Virus record (IMG/VR): IMGVR_UViG_3300026518_000011
Coordinates: 9,929-73,928 of that record
Reading direction: 5' to 3' (one strand)
Length of the DNA: 64,000 nt
Origin: a virus
Shown: in pieces, positions 1 to 10,168 of the stretch
How the letters are laid out: every line of letters begins with the position of its first letter
How positions within the stretch are numbered: the first letter of the stretch is position 1
Notes under the pieces: model-generated
What the model saw: only the letters and a program-made list of their open reading frames with translations
What the model was told of the DNA's origin: nothing
The model's database searches: none
Program-made: the position numbers and the translations under genes

Positions 1-316
1 AGTGCACCCCATTGATATCCACTTTCCCATTATGAAATTTACTCACATACAGTCGATCCACCCCAAACGAAATGCGGCGCTCCTCTAGTATCTTGTTGGT
101 CTGCACAGAACGGGTTAGTGATGCCTCTACCTGTATGTCAGTAGTAGCCACACTTCGTTGATAGATATCCGATAGGGTGCTGAAGTTGGTTACTAGGACC
201 GCTAATATTCCGGCCCATGTAATAACGAAGGTGAACACAAACGCCTGCATCACCATTCGATGAAGAGGGGTACTTTTGGCGTAGTCCACAAACAGGGTGA
301 GCAATTTTATGAACAT
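1..316 (-). CDS. putative T4 gp t-like holin (single TM plus GAF-like domain), partial, runs off window
   Basis: Hand translation, not in ORF track: MFIKLLTLFVDYAKSTPLHRMVMQAFVFTFVITWAGILAVLVTNF...GVDRLYVSKFHNGKVDINGVH. One hydrophobic helix then a DRxYxxxFHNG motif; TAAATA box at 349-354 upstream. Confidence 0.5.
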   Translation of the reverse strand, partial: MFIKLLTLFVDYAKSTPLHRMVMQAFVFTFVITWAGILAVLVTNFSTLSDIYQRSVATTDIQVEASLTRSVQTNKILEERRISFGVDRLYVSKFHNGKVDINGVH

Positions 317-384
317 CAGCACAATACCTTACAATAATTCTATAATAGTATTTATGCCAATTTACACAACATCAGGTATATCAC

Positions 385-406
385 CCCACCGCATAACTGC
401 GGTGGG
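385..406 (-). terminator. hairpin, probable intrinsic terminator of the fibre operon
   Basis: cccaccgca-taac-tgcggtggg, 9-bp perfect stem just after the stop at 419. Confidence 0.55.
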
Positions 407-418
407 TATATTAATATT

Positions 419-1036
419 TTAAGTTGGCCACCCGAGGGTGTGATCGTATGTAATAATCAGATTTTGATCGGTCAGTGATGATATTTGACCAATGTGATAT
501 AATTTTGTCTGAAAACACGTGTTAACCCACGTAAGCATCGTGCCACCTAATGCAACCAGGTCAGCGGGTGTCATAACCACTGGGGTGTTGGCTGCATCAT
601 TCCATGTAAACCCCGTAGGTATTGGTAGCCCGTTGACAATAGCACTTGTCACGCCTGTGATGTTTTGTCTCGCCCCGTCATCACCATACCATTGATGATT
701 ATTCCATGCAAAGGTCCCAAGTAGGTAAGTATCGTGGAATTCTTTAATAATCATGACCTTATGAGCAATAACATCTGAAAGTATCAATGGATGTAATATG
801 ATAGTCTCATCTACCACGGTCCCATTGATCGTATATGTCTGACTGTCAATAGTATCATATCCTGCACGAATGACTGTAGTATCTGGAACCATCTGATACC
901 AGCCCAGATCAATGAGTTCAGTCGGGGTTAATGTGGTCATATCATACAGCATCCCATTCAGGGGATTTGTCCACGTAGTCGGTAGATCAACGGGACCCGA
1001 TATGATTTTGTTATCCGCTACACGAAAATATTGCAT
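419..1036 (-). CDS. tail fibre assembly/chaperone-like protein with C-terminal DUF4376
   Basis: F.WNNHQWYGDDGARQNITG...FTWNDAANTPVVMTPADLVALG...WP is typical of DUF4376; last gene of the fibre cluster. Confidence 0.7.
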   Translation of the reverse strand: MQYFRVADNKIISGPVDLPTTWTNPLNGMLYDMTTLTPTELIDLGWYQMVPDTTVIRAGYDTIDSQTYTINGTVVDETIILHPLILSDVIAHKVMIIKEFHDTYLLGTFAWNNHQWYGDDGARQNITGVTSAIVNGLPIPTGFTWNDAANTPVVMTPADLVALGGTMLTWVNTCFQTKLYHIGQISSLTDQNLIITYDHTLGWPT

Positions 1037-1038
1037 TA

Positions 1039-1623
1039 CTATGCCCTCTCTATCATCACATTACATGATCCAGCAATTGTTTTTTGGTCACGACGGGTCA
1101 ACTCTTTGGCCCGAATATCAACCGTGTCCCCCTTAGACACCTCTAACAGGTATTGGAGCGGCGTGGTGGTATTACCCGCTGAACGAAGTCTGTGATAACC
1201 AAACGCGCATGACCCCGCCAATTCCTTTCCATTTAGAAAGATTGCGTATTCTGAAATTTGTCGAGCATTGGATGTAATTCCCACAGAAATATTTGCCCGT
1301 ATGGAATACCACCCATCCCTATCAATCGTGATGCCACGAGTTTTGCTATCATATGAATATTCCAAATCCTCCCGAACAATGGTTGGGAATGGGATAGGCT
1401 CGTAAGTAGATGTGAGATACTGCACAGTGTTTCCGTTATGTCGGAATAGCTTTCCTGGGTATCCGCCCACAATTGCATATCGCTGCAACTCTGCCAATTG
1501 AATGGGGGATATAGTCATACCGTTGTCAACAATAAATTGTGTCAACTCACTGATACCTAATCGGGCCACCCCATCCAGTTTTTTGCGATCATGGTAATCT
1601 AGTTCTTCTTCTTTATCACTCAT
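1039..1623 (-). CDS. virion protein with C-terminal C1q/TNF-like (BclA-CTD-like) domain
   Basis: GITIDRDGWYSIRANIS...FLNG...VSKGDTVDIR; paralogous to the C-terminus of 3079-3930 (shared YHR and GDTV.IR). Confidence 0.6.
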   Translation of the reverse strand: MSDKEEELDYHDRKKLDGVARLGISELTQFIVDNGMTISPIQLAELQRYAIVGGYPGKLFRHNGNTVQYLTSTYEPIPFPTIVREDLEYSYDSKTRGITIDRDGWYSIRANISVGITSNARQISEYAIFLNGKELAGSCAFGYHRLRSAGNTTTPLQYLLEVSKGDTVDIRAKELTRRDQKTIAGSCNVMIERA

Positions 1624-2568
1624 TTAGTTCACATACACCGCTATAAATCTTTGGGTGCCTCCATTTTGTGGAATAATACCAGGCATAATATTTGGTTGTG
1701 CAGGATTCAGCGATCCAGCAACAGGAATGGTGGAGATGGGATTAGAAATGTTATCCCAATCTGCAGGTAATGCAGATGGAAGCAGATACGTGGTTACGGT
1801 CCCGCCTGCCCCACCATCACTGGTGTATATACTTTTGTAGGTACCTGCTCCAATGGTAACAGTCTGTGCATTATTGCCTGCGGTCCCCACGGTCCCGTTA
1901 TTCCCATATAGCCCCCACAGGGAAGTTGTTGATGCATAATACACCGATAGTTCAAATTGTGCATATTGTGCAGCAGACGCTTCATTCGTAGCAGTGGATG
2001 CTATACCAATCATCATATTAGCCGTAGGTCGGGAATAGACCCACTGAAGCGTTCTATTGGTGCCACGGACCCACTGCATTGATTCAAATTTTACCCATGA
2101 GGACCATGGTGCTAGTCCGGTGAAAAATAATCCGGCGGCATCACGGGTAGCAGTCATAGAAGCATGATGACGGATATTGCTACCAGCCGCATTACCAATA
2201 GTCAATACCGCACCACCCAGTCGTAGGTCCACCCAAGGAGTGGCGAAAATCTGTAATGCCCCAGTGGAAACCACAGTGCCACCCGCATTGGTAACTGTAA
2301 TGTCAAAAAATGCCTGAACCGCTCCTGACGTTATGTTTACAATCACCTGATTGACATTGACCACTGTCATAGAGTTCACAGTTGACCCCCCCACAATCAC
2401 TGTCATAGATGGAGTAAACAGACCGCCATTGATTGTAATATCAACAGTCGAATTCGGAGGAACTACCGTTGGGGATGAGGACGTGATATATGGTGGGGGA
2501 AACGACGACGGAATTTGTGGGAATTGGGCAGTCGTTGGGGTCAATTGGGAATATCCAGAAAATGCCAT
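1624..2568 (-). CDS. virion protein with IPT/TIG Ig-like domain and beta-rich C-terminal (lectin-like?) domain
   Basis: PYITSSSPTVVPPNSTVDITINGGLFT...DITVTNAGG is an IPT/TIG pattern; start moved to the ATG at 2568, next to the upstream stop. Confidence 0.6.
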   Translation of the reverse strand: MAFSGYSQLTPTTAQFPQIPSSFPPPYITSSSPTVVPPNSTVDITINGGLFTPSMTVIVGGSTVNSMTVVNVNQVIVNITSGAVQAFFDITVTNAGGTVVSTGALQIFATPWVDLRLGGAVLTIGNAAGSNIRHHASMTATRDAAGLFFTGLAPWSSWVKFESMQWVRGTNRTLQWVYSRPTANMMIGIASTATNEASAAQYAQFELSVYYASTTSLWGLYGNNGTVGTAGNNAQTVTIGAGTYKSIYTSDGGAGGTVTTYLLPSALPADWDNISNPISTIPVAGSLNPAQPNIMPGIIPQNGGTQRFIAVYVN

Positions 2569-2569
2569 G

Positions 2570-3079
2570 TTATATAGCCCTCCAATCGGTACCATCTGAC
2601 ATTACCGATAGTGTTGTTAAGGTATTACCTATGAGATTAACACTGGTATACCCATCAATAGTGCCCGTTGCAGTAGTTAAGAGCACATCATTAGCCGATG
2701 CTTGCTTAATCTTGATAATTTTACCGTCATGTCCTGCGGGCGTAGGAAGGGTTAGAGTCTGTGCAGCAATCCCTGTGAATACAACAACATCTGTCGTTGG
2801 TAAAATGGTTGCGGTGGTCGCAAGGGTCTCAATCATCGGAGAAGGGGTTTCTGGAATTTGGCCCAATGATTTAATGATCACCCCATCACGCTTGACCACC
2901 ACGTTACCTGCGGTCATTGCGGCCTGCAATGATGCAGCCGTCTGTAAATCTTCGATAGTCCAGAAATCGGACAATATATACCCGACTACTGGATGGGTAA
3001 ACACAACCGCGCTATTGGTGGTATCGATCAGTTCAGTAATGGTTGTGGTAACCACTGTATCTAACGTTATAGTAGCCAT
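2570..3079 (-). CDS. putative tail fibre-associated structural protein
   Basis: TLTLPTPAGHDGKIIKIK...TIDG...SDGTDW fibre module. Confidence 0.55.
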   Translation of the reverse strand: MATITLDTVVTTTITELIDTTNSAVVFTHPVVGYILSDFWTIEDLQTAASLQAAMTAGNVVVKRDGVIIKSLGQIPETPSPMIETLATTATILPTTDVVVFTGIAAQTLTLPTPAGHDGKIIKIKQASANDVLLTTATGTIDGYTSVNLIGNTLTTLSVMSDGTDWRAI

Positions 3080-3930
3080 TATGGACCCTTCCGCTCAAAT
3101 AATATACTTGATTCATTTGCAATCGTAGTCAAGCCAGTGCCTGCTATCCTCGTCGATCTAATCTCAACAGTATCGCCTACAGCCAGTTGTGCCAAGACGG
3201 TGCGCCCAGCAGTGTTTTCACCAACCGCAACTGTTCGATGGTATGAATAAGCTGCAGATGATGCATATGCACCACCATTGACAAACAACTGATGAAATCC
3301 ACCAGTCCGGCTATTATTACTACTATCAGCAGATACCGTATAGGTAATCGCGTATAACCCTGCTCGATTAACCGTGACCACTCCGGTGCCCCCAATGGTG
3401 AAATCAGCATTGACAAAACGGGCAGTGGATATGTTAATCACTTTAGCAGTAGCATTGAGAATCTGTGCCACCCCAGAATATGCCTCAAACACTGATGGGC
3501 TGGACCAAGAGGTGACTCCAACTCCATTAGTGGTAAGAACATCTCCATCCCCACCATCGGCCACAGGTAGTGTCCATATCTGATTGGCCGCTACCGCATC
3601 CGGTGCTTTAAGACCTACATAATTGGTCCCATTAGCGGCCAACTCAGTAAATCGGAGGTCTGTGGTCTCCCCCACACCGGTGCCAGATGGAAGAATTGCA
3701 ATCCCCCCAATCGCTCCAGCGCCCGTATGGGTTCCGGCGGTTAGATTAATACTTCCGCCTGTAGTGGCACCACTAGCAGCAATCAGATTGACGCTACCAC
3801 CACCTAACGTGGTTGATGATACTGCCCTAATAGATATATCCCGAACATTGGTTTTAGATATAGTGGGGCCTTTTTTGCCCACGAAGAACGAATTAAAACT
3901 GGTCCCTCGCAATTCATATACTGATGCCAT
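3079..3930 (-). CDS. tail fibre-like protein with C-terminal C1q-like domain
   Basis: Gly-rich shaft, YVGLKAP...WTLPVADG..GDVLTTNG.G.TSW module, C1q-like C-terminus. Confidence 0.65.
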   Translation of the reverse strand: MASVYELRGTSFNSFFVGKKGPTISKTNVRDISIRAVSSTTLGGGSVNLIAASGATTGGSINLTAGTHTGAGAIGGIAILPSGTGVGETTDLRFTELAANGTNYVGLKAPDAVAANQIWTLPVADGGDGDVLTTNGVGVTSWSSPSVFEAYSGVAQILNATAKVINISTARFVNADFTIGGTGVVTVNRAGLYAITYTVSADSSNNSRTGGFHQLFVNGGAYASSAAYSYHRTVAVGENTAGRTVLAQLAVGDTVEIRSTRIAGTGLTTIANESSILFERKGP

Positions 3931-4022
3931 GCGCTAATCCTGTCATTGGGTTTGTATGTCGATATTTAATATCGTCAGGAATGCAATAGTGAGGGGCCAC
4001 AGCCCCTCGCCGATATTTAGAT

Positions 4023-5471
4023 TTATGGCTGGATATACTGGACAATTACCGTTGCCGCGCCTGATGCTGGAGCATTCGCCGATGATACGGTAGCAATCAC
4101 CGGAGTAGCGGCGGCATATGTATGATGGACATCAGTGCTATATATAAAGGCCAATTCAGGGTCATTAGCCGTATCTACCATCAATTGAGACGATAGACCA
4201 GCATCACCAATGGCAATGGTTTCTGGCGAACTCCAAATCGTGGTAACATCGATTGATACTTTAATTACAATCCCACCAGCCGGAACAGACCCAATAGTCT
4301 GGACTGCACCACCGTTAAAGGTAACAGGACCAGAGACAGTAACCACTGACCCACTCGGGGGTAATGGTGCGCCCCAAATAGCATCGGTGCCATCTGACTG
4401 TAACACCTGACCAGCAGTACCTAATGGCAATGCGGCTAATGAGTTGGCCAGATTGGATACAAGGATATCACCGCGTGTGTATACCCCCAGTCCGGTGCCG
4501 CCATTCACTTCATTTAGGATGCCGGTGACCGAGTTAGTGCCATCAGCGAGATTGATCTGACCCCATACGGGCAGCCCAGCCGTAACCACCATGGCATTAC
4601 CGTTTGTCCCAATAGCCAACTCATTGACCTTATTATTGGTGTTATCAGCAACGATCATGGAACCATTGGCGAATGCAGTGATATTAGTATTCAGACCACC
4701 ATTTAGCTTTGGTAGCAGACCAGTAATGGAATTGACATTAGCAAGGTCTAATGCCCCCCACGTAGCCTCTGTTCCTACGACACCAGCAGAAATAAGCGTT
4801 TGCCCACCCGTTGCTGAGCTATTGACTATCAGGTTGTTAGTCCCGTTAACCGAAATTGTTGAGGCACCAACATTGCTATTCATAACAGTGCCAACCATGG
4901 ACAACCCAACACCTGCTGAAATCACACCAGCAGCAGAGAATTGAACCCAATTAATAGGACTGGTGCCAATCGTAATGACACCATCCGAGGTCACTACCCA
5001 TCCGGTATCAGCAAGGGATGTTCCCTCTTCTATGAATACGAATGACCCACCATTGAGTTCAGCACCAGTATCCGCATCTAGTGATCTGGTGGGTGTGCCA
5101 GCAGTAACATCATAGATACCGTTCTCACTTGCAGTAGCTTGGTTTTTGATCAGAATGCGATCACCAACGGCCAATACGATGCCATCGATTGTGGAACCAG
5201 CAGCAAATGAGGTGGCTAATGTCCCAGCAACCGTGGTTCCTACCCGAACTGAGTTTTTAGCATCCACACCGGATGCAAGGCTATCCACATAGATTTTGGA
5301 AGCCGCATCATTATTGTTGACCGGAGTCGTGGGGACCCGCATCTGGGCAAGGATTACCCCATCAGATGTTGATTCAAAATGATCCACATTCCATACGACC
5401 GACCCACCGACTTTTCCGTATTGTAACGAACTCCCCACACCGACGAGAGTATAATCTTTCCTATTTGCCAT
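4023..5471 (-). CDS. tail fibre protein
   Basis: DAASKIYVD and IDGIVLAVGDRILIKNQ...ENGIY...RSLDAD...FVFIEEG domain common in phage fibres; NGGTG repeats. Confidence 0.7.
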   Translation of the reverse strand: MANRKDYTLVGVGSSLQYGKVGGSVVWNVDHFESTSDGVILAQMRVPTTPVNNNDAASKIYVDSLASGVDAKNSVRVGTTVAGTLATSFAAGSTIDGIVLAVGDRILIKNQATASENGIYDVTAGTPTRSLDADTGAELNGGSFVFIEEGTSLADTGWVVTSDGVITIGTSPINWVQFSAAGVISAGVGLSMVGTVMNSNVGASTISVNGTNNLIVNSSATGGQTLISAGVVGTEATWGALDLANVNSITGLLPKLNGGLNTNITAFANGSMIVADNTNNKVNELAIGTNGNAMVVTAGLPVWGQINLADGTNSVTGILNEVNGGTGLGVYTRGDILVSNLANSLAALPLGTAGQVLQSDGTDAIWGAPLPPSGSVVTVSGPVTFNGGAVQTIGSVPAGGIVIKVSIDVTTIWSSPETIAIGDAGLSSQLMVDTANDPELAFIYSTDVHHTYAAATPVIATVSSANAPASGAATVIVQYIQP

Positions 5472-5486
5472 TGTTGCTCATCTCCA

Positions 5487-6680
5487 TTAAGGTATAATAT
5501 AATCCACGATCACTCGTGCAGCGCCCGCTGTAGGAGCGCCCGTAATTGTTGCAATAATTTGTGTTGCGGCAATATATGAAACATTGGCAACTGTCGTATA
5601 AGTATTTATCGCCAGTGGATCATTGGCTACATTAGTCATCAATCGATCAACCAATCCCGCATCGCCAATATCAATCAGGGTCCCTACGGAATAGGCGGAT
5701 GTGATCTCCAACGATATAGCTCTGACAAATGCACCCGCTGGGAGTATTGCACCGATGTTGTATGACCCAGCAGTCCCCAATAGGACATTTCGTTGTTGAT
5801 TCGCCACAGTAGCGGCCACTCCGCCCGCTGCCGCTACTACGTCAGATACTGTGGCTCGTTCAATCGATGTAGAACTTTGATTATACACCAATAGGCTATC
5901 AGTGCCAACCAATGGATCAGATAACCCACCCACCCCGATGATATCATGATCAACAGTAAGGGTATTACCACCATCGGTGATTGTTACGGCAGTGCCAGCA
6001 GTGAATACTCGGGCATTTGGGAGTCCTGCATCAGCAATGAGAGTTAGATATTGAGCAGCAGCAGGACTTGATGTGGTGCCTGACCCTGCCACATACCCAA
6101 CGGGCATCCATACCCCATTAGCTGGGGTTCCCAAATAGGCCAGTTGGGATAATGATTCCTGTGAATATATACCAAGGGTAACTGTTGCGGTGCCAACACT
6201 ATCAGTGACCGTGATGGCCCCACCAGTGGCATGAGAGATCACCAGAACGTCTGCCACGGCCTGTGCTACGATATTGGGGATACCTACCGCATTAATGTCA
6301 GTAGCGACCTGTGCTGGCGTATATGGGGCACTCAGGGTCACTGACTGGCCGTTGATCAGTAATACGTCCCCCGCTGTTGCCGTTCCATAGGGGTATCCAG
6401 CAATGGTATTACCTGCTGGTGCCACTGGGGCACTCAGTGGGAGTTTCATCCATAACCCTACAGAAACAGGCAATTGTCTATTCTGTAGGATGGTGCTAGG
6501 GACGTCAGTATTATCGATCAGTATTAGATCACCAGGTCTGCCATAATCCATCGGGGGCACTGTATTACCCCGCCCCACAGTTAAAGGGCCGAATTTTAAT
6601 GCGGACTTGGTAACTTTTAGGTTATCTGGTCTATGAATCTGTCCGTCATAACCATGACTCGTAAAAAATGGATTTGGCAT
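5487..6680 (-). CDS. virion structural/fibre protein with flagellin_IN-like module
   Basis: LLINGQSVTL...AQVATDIN; C-terminal domain paralogous to that of 4023-5471 (PAG..V..IS...IGDAG...LM..ANDP). Confidence 0.55.
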   Translation of the reverse strand: MPNPFFTSHGYDGQIHRPDNLKVTKSALKFGPLTVGRGNTVPPMDYGRPGDLILIDNTDVPSTILQNRQLPVSVGLWMKLPLSAPVAPAGNTIAGYPYGTATAGDVLLINGQSVTLSAPYTPAQVATDINAVGIPNIVAQAVADVLVISHATGGAITVTDSVGTATVTLGIYSQESLSQLAYLGTPANGVWMPVGYVAGSGTTSSPAAAQYLTLIADAGLPNARVFTAGTAVTITDGGNTLTVDHDIIGVGGLSDPLVGTDSLLVYNQSSTSIERATVSDVVAAAGGVAATVANQQRNVLLGTAGSYNIGAILPAGAFVRAISLEITSAYSVGTLIDIGDAGLVDRLMTNVANDPLAINTYTTVANVSYIAATQIIATITGAPTAGAARVIVDYIIP

Positions 6681-6735
6681 ACCGTTGATATTCTCCTACC
6701 AGTATTTAGATAGTTTCACTAGTAGGAGAGATTGA

Positions 6736-7536
6736 TCATTTGGTGGGTGGGGTATTAGTTAGTTTAGTCCATGTCATAGCCCCTACCACACCATCTGGGG
6801 TTAATCCCCGTTTGGTTTGGAATCTACGAACTGCATTAAATGTGCCATTACCGAAATCTCCATCAACGGTGATACGGGACCCCTGCTTCACCAATAAGTC
6901 CTGCAATTGCCTAACCGCAGCGCCACGATTACCTTTACGCAATACGATGGGGGTTCGTCGTCCCGTTGACCTACGATGGGTTTGTTCGGCAATATGTGCT
7001 TTAGCCCCATAATTTCCACGGATGATACGTGCGTATGCAGGTGCCTGACCGGTACCATTATACCGTTCGGCAAATGTTAACCAATCCTTAGCCCGCAGAT
7101 AGGTGTCCAGTTTCCATGTCTTCAACAGAGTCACAAACGCATCTAGGTGAGCATCACCAGTGTTGGCCATGGCAACGACCATTGATCTGGCCGAGTCATA
7201 TCCGGCATCTTTAGCATTGAACCCCATAATCTGCGGGCCACCAAACGATGTTGCTCGTAGTGCAGCATCAGGAGACTTTGCGAATGCTGCACGGAACATC
7301 GCCTCTCTACGACCAGATGCAATCTTTAGGCTATCCCGCCAGTTAGTTTTCGCGTTGGGCATTTTGTGTGGTTCAAACCGACGAATCACTGACCCATCAC
7401 GTAAGAAGAATCTGCCAGAAGATTCGGCCATAAACACCGCTTCTACTGCTGCTGCTTCACAATTCAAATATTTTGCTGCACGGTCATATGCGCCTGCACT
7501 CATTGGGGTGTGTTTCCCCAGCCATGGTAATGTCAT
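6736..7536 (-). CDS. endolysin: N-acetylmuramidase (DUF3380) plus peptidoglycan-binding domain
   Basis: AVFMAESSG, RFEPH, TSFGGPQIMGFN, W.TFAERYNG; C-terminal LRKGNRGAAVRQLQ...DGDFG...FQ..RGLTPDGVVG (PG_binding_1). Confidence 0.9.
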   Translation of the reverse strand: MTLPWLGKHTPMSAGAYDRAAKYLNCEAAAVEAVFMAESSGRFFLRDGSVIRRFEPHKMPNAKTNWRDSLKIASGRREAMFRAAFAKSPDAALRATSFGGPQIMGFNAKDAGYDSARSMVVAMANTGDAHLDAFVTLLKTWKLDTYLRAKDWLTFAERYNGTGQAPAYARIIRGNYGAKAHIAEQTHRRSTGRRTPIVLRKGNRGAAVRQLQDLLVKQGSRITVDGDFGNGTFNAVRRFQTKRGLTPDGVVGAMTWTKLTNTPPTK

Positions 7537-7621
7537 GAATTTTATCCCCTATATACGAACAAATAGAGGCCCAACCAAATTGGGCCTCTATCCGTATTTA
7601 TCCTATAACTGATTACTGCCC

Positions 7622-10111
7622 TTAGTTGACAACATTAGCCGATAGTTGTTTAATGGCCACCCAGTTGGCAGTAGCACCATTTTGTGTTGCACGTGGATTA
7701 GCCTCGTTGGTTCTATAGGTCACAGCCACCGTATCTGTTGCTGCCATGTTCAGTGGGCCAGTTGACAGGTTGAATGCGGACCCTAACTGCGCATTGGTGG
7801 AACTATATTTCTGGGTTGCTACCGCAACCGCATTAACCAATATTTGCACAGTATAGGAGGCCGAGTTGACAGAATTCGTGGCATCTACATTACACGTAAT
7901 CTCATAAACTCCCGCATGTGGGATAGTAAACCCGTTCGTGGTGGTGCTGGCAACAGCAGCATTGTCAAATTCTACCACATCATACACTAGTTGTGTAACA
8001 TTATTACCCGTAAGGGTTTGTGCAACAGAGTTTGACATCTTAGCCATGATTGCTGGAGTAACTACCGCATCTTCTGGTCTTACCACGGTTGACTCACTCA
8101 GTTGAGTGACCGCCATCCATGATGATGCACCAATGTCACCAATAGCCCCGCCTATCCGCTGTAATACTACTGCCATGTTGACCACAGGAGTTACGGTGAT
8201 TCTACCAAAGAATGGTGAGGTCTGAGGCCCAGGGTCATTATTAGACGCAGACGAGAAAATCTCCCCCAACGGGGAATTGGTGAGGATATCATAGAACTGA
8301 ACATCAATAACGCCTGTTGCCAACCCTGGGTGAACTATTACTGCCTCTAACTCATATGTATTACCGGCAGTCAGTCCGAGGATTGCACCACCTGCATCTA
8401 ATGATAGTCCGCTACCATTACCATGTAATGTTTCATTCCACACTACATGGCTACCAACCCCAATATTCGTAGTGGCGGTAGTGGATACCTGCAAACGGGA
8501 TAATGGTTTTGGGACTATCATCCCTGGGTTAACTACACTAGCCGTAGGAAGCTCTGTGACCGTCAAATACGTACCAGGTCCAGCGTCACCGAGCGGGGAT
8601 GCAACATCTACATATATACCAATATCCACATTTGCAGTAGGGGTATACACCGTGGTCATGGAAGCCATAGACGCATTATTAGTATTCGCGTTAGTGGATT
8701 CTAACGCGATCTGACTACCAATTTTAACCCCCGCACTGGTTTGTACATTCCACAACGAGTAACTACTTGCAGTCGTTAACAATCGCACACCCGCTTCGAT
8801 TTTATAGGTCTTTCCGGCCACCAATGTTACCAAACCCGTGGTTGTTAAACCCTCTGTGATATTTTGTGATCCAGACGTCGTTTCCATCACCAGCGGAACA
8901 CCTGCAGCTACGTTGACCACAGAAGTGCGTCTGCCACTCACGCTACCCAATGGGGTGGGGACTACGGTTCCTGCCATAACTGTTTCAGTGTCAGGCAACT
9001 GGATCACTTCTAAAGCAGCAAATGCCACATTACTAGCAATACTACAATACGCTGATAATGATAATACATCCCCAGCCACTAGCTCATAGGTGTTATTATC
9101 CACTAGCGAGATTGTACCGTTACCAACAGTGCTTTCGGCATATGAAATTGATGCTGAATTTTTAATGATGGAAGTTTGATGTATTACCGCATTATTTACA
9201 TTTTGGTATTGACTAGAAACTCTATAGGTACCGGTCCGCTTAATCGTTACATGACTTCCTGCGCTAACCATACCACCTATGTCATAATCTATTGTATCCA
9301 GAACAATCGGAGTCCATGTGCCTGCAGGAAGCGACTGTGCAGCGGTATGATGGGCACGGGTACGGTGTAAGGTGGTCTGTGACGAGGCCCCTAAGACCGT
9401 AAGGTCCCACTTCCCATTACCGGTATCTATGGCCAGAACCATTTCACCATCGGAGACCACCGTATAAGACCCATCAAGGATTCCATTCAACGATTCCCCC
9501 ACCTGCACCTTAAGAGTCACGTTATTGGTGGATACGGTCTCCCCCACAAAAATATATCGACGCTGCGTCCCTGTGGCCGTAGGGAGCGTAAAATTAAATG
9601 CCCCACCAGAGGCGTTTAGATTATAGATTCCCTCTCCCGCATCAGCATCAGCAGTAATAGACCCATGTTTGGTCAACCCACCAGATGCGGTCAGACCTGT
9701 ATCAGCGGAAGTTGTCCATACAACAGTAGGTGAAGTCTTAGTTTGGGTAAAATCGAGCACCCGCGTATCGCCTGCCACTAAAGTTATTGATGCAACCGGA
9801 GACCCATCCGCCCGCGTATACCCGCTGGATAGCACGAATGTTCTAGCCACGGTATCTAAGTTCGTCAGCCGAAGGGTCATATTTTTTGCACCCCCGACGT
9901 TTATAGGATTATTAACCGTGACATTCCCCGTAGAATTCCCATCTATCACCAAGGCAAACGATCTGTGCCCGTTAAATAAATCTACATTGAACGGATTGCC
10001 AGTAGTTGCAGCCGTAACTGGGATATTAATGTCATACCCAGCCGCTGTAATGTTACTACCAGCGGTTAATCCACGAGCAACGGTAACGTCACCCTTAATA
10101 TCATATGCCAT
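7622..10111 (-). CDS. fibre/receptor-binding protein with about four tandem C1q/TNF-like domains
   Basis: WTPIVLDTIDYD..TIKRTGTYRV..LVAGDVLSL; TLVAGKTYKIEA; LTAGNTYELEA; VYDVVEFDN..FTIPHAGVYEI; linkers of the form QLP.T.TV.PG.VVP.PL. Confidence 0.65.
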   Translation of the reverse strand: MAYDIKGDVTVARGLTAGSNITAAGYDINIPVTAATTGNPFNVDLFNGHRSFALVIDGNSTGNVTVNNPINVGGAKNMTLRLTNLDTVARTFVLSSGYTRADGSPVASITLVAGDTRVLDFTQTKTSPTVVWTTSADTGLTASGGLTKHGSITADADAGEGIYNLNASGGAFNFTLPTATGTQRRYIFVGETVSTNNVTLKVQVGESLNGILDGSYTVVSDGEMVLAIDTGNGKWDLTVLGASSQTTLHRTRAHHTAAQSLPAGTWTPIVLDTIDYDIGGMVSAGSHVTIKRTGTYRVSSQYQNVNNAVIHQTSIIKNSASISYAESTVGNGTISLVDNNTYELVAGDVLSLSAYCSIASNVAFAALEVIQLPDTETVMAGTVVPTPLGSVSGRRTSVVNVAAGVPLVMETTSGSQNITEGLTTTGLVTLVAGKTYKIEAGVRLLTTASSYSLWNVQTSAGVKIGSQIALESTNANTNNASMASMTTVYTPTANVDIGIYVDVASPLGDAGPGTYLTVTELPTASVVNPGMIVPKPLSRLQVSTTATTNIGVGSHVVWNETLHGNGSGLSLDAGGAILGLTAGNTYELEAVIVHPGLATGVIDVQFYDILTNSPLGEIFSSASNNDPGPQTSPFFGRITVTPVVNMAVVLQRIGGAIGDIGASSWMAVTQLSESTVVRPEDAVVTPAIMAKMSNSVAQTLTGNNVTQLVYDVVEFDNAAVASTTTNGFTIPHAGVYEITCNVDATNSVNSASYTVQILVNAVAVATQKYSSTNAQLGSAFNLSTGPLNMAATDTVAVTYRTNEANPRATQNGATANWVAIKQLSANVVN

Positions 10112-10168
10112 AATTCATTCTCCTTTCAAGAGAAAACAGGGGGATATTACTATCCCCCAACAAAGTTG

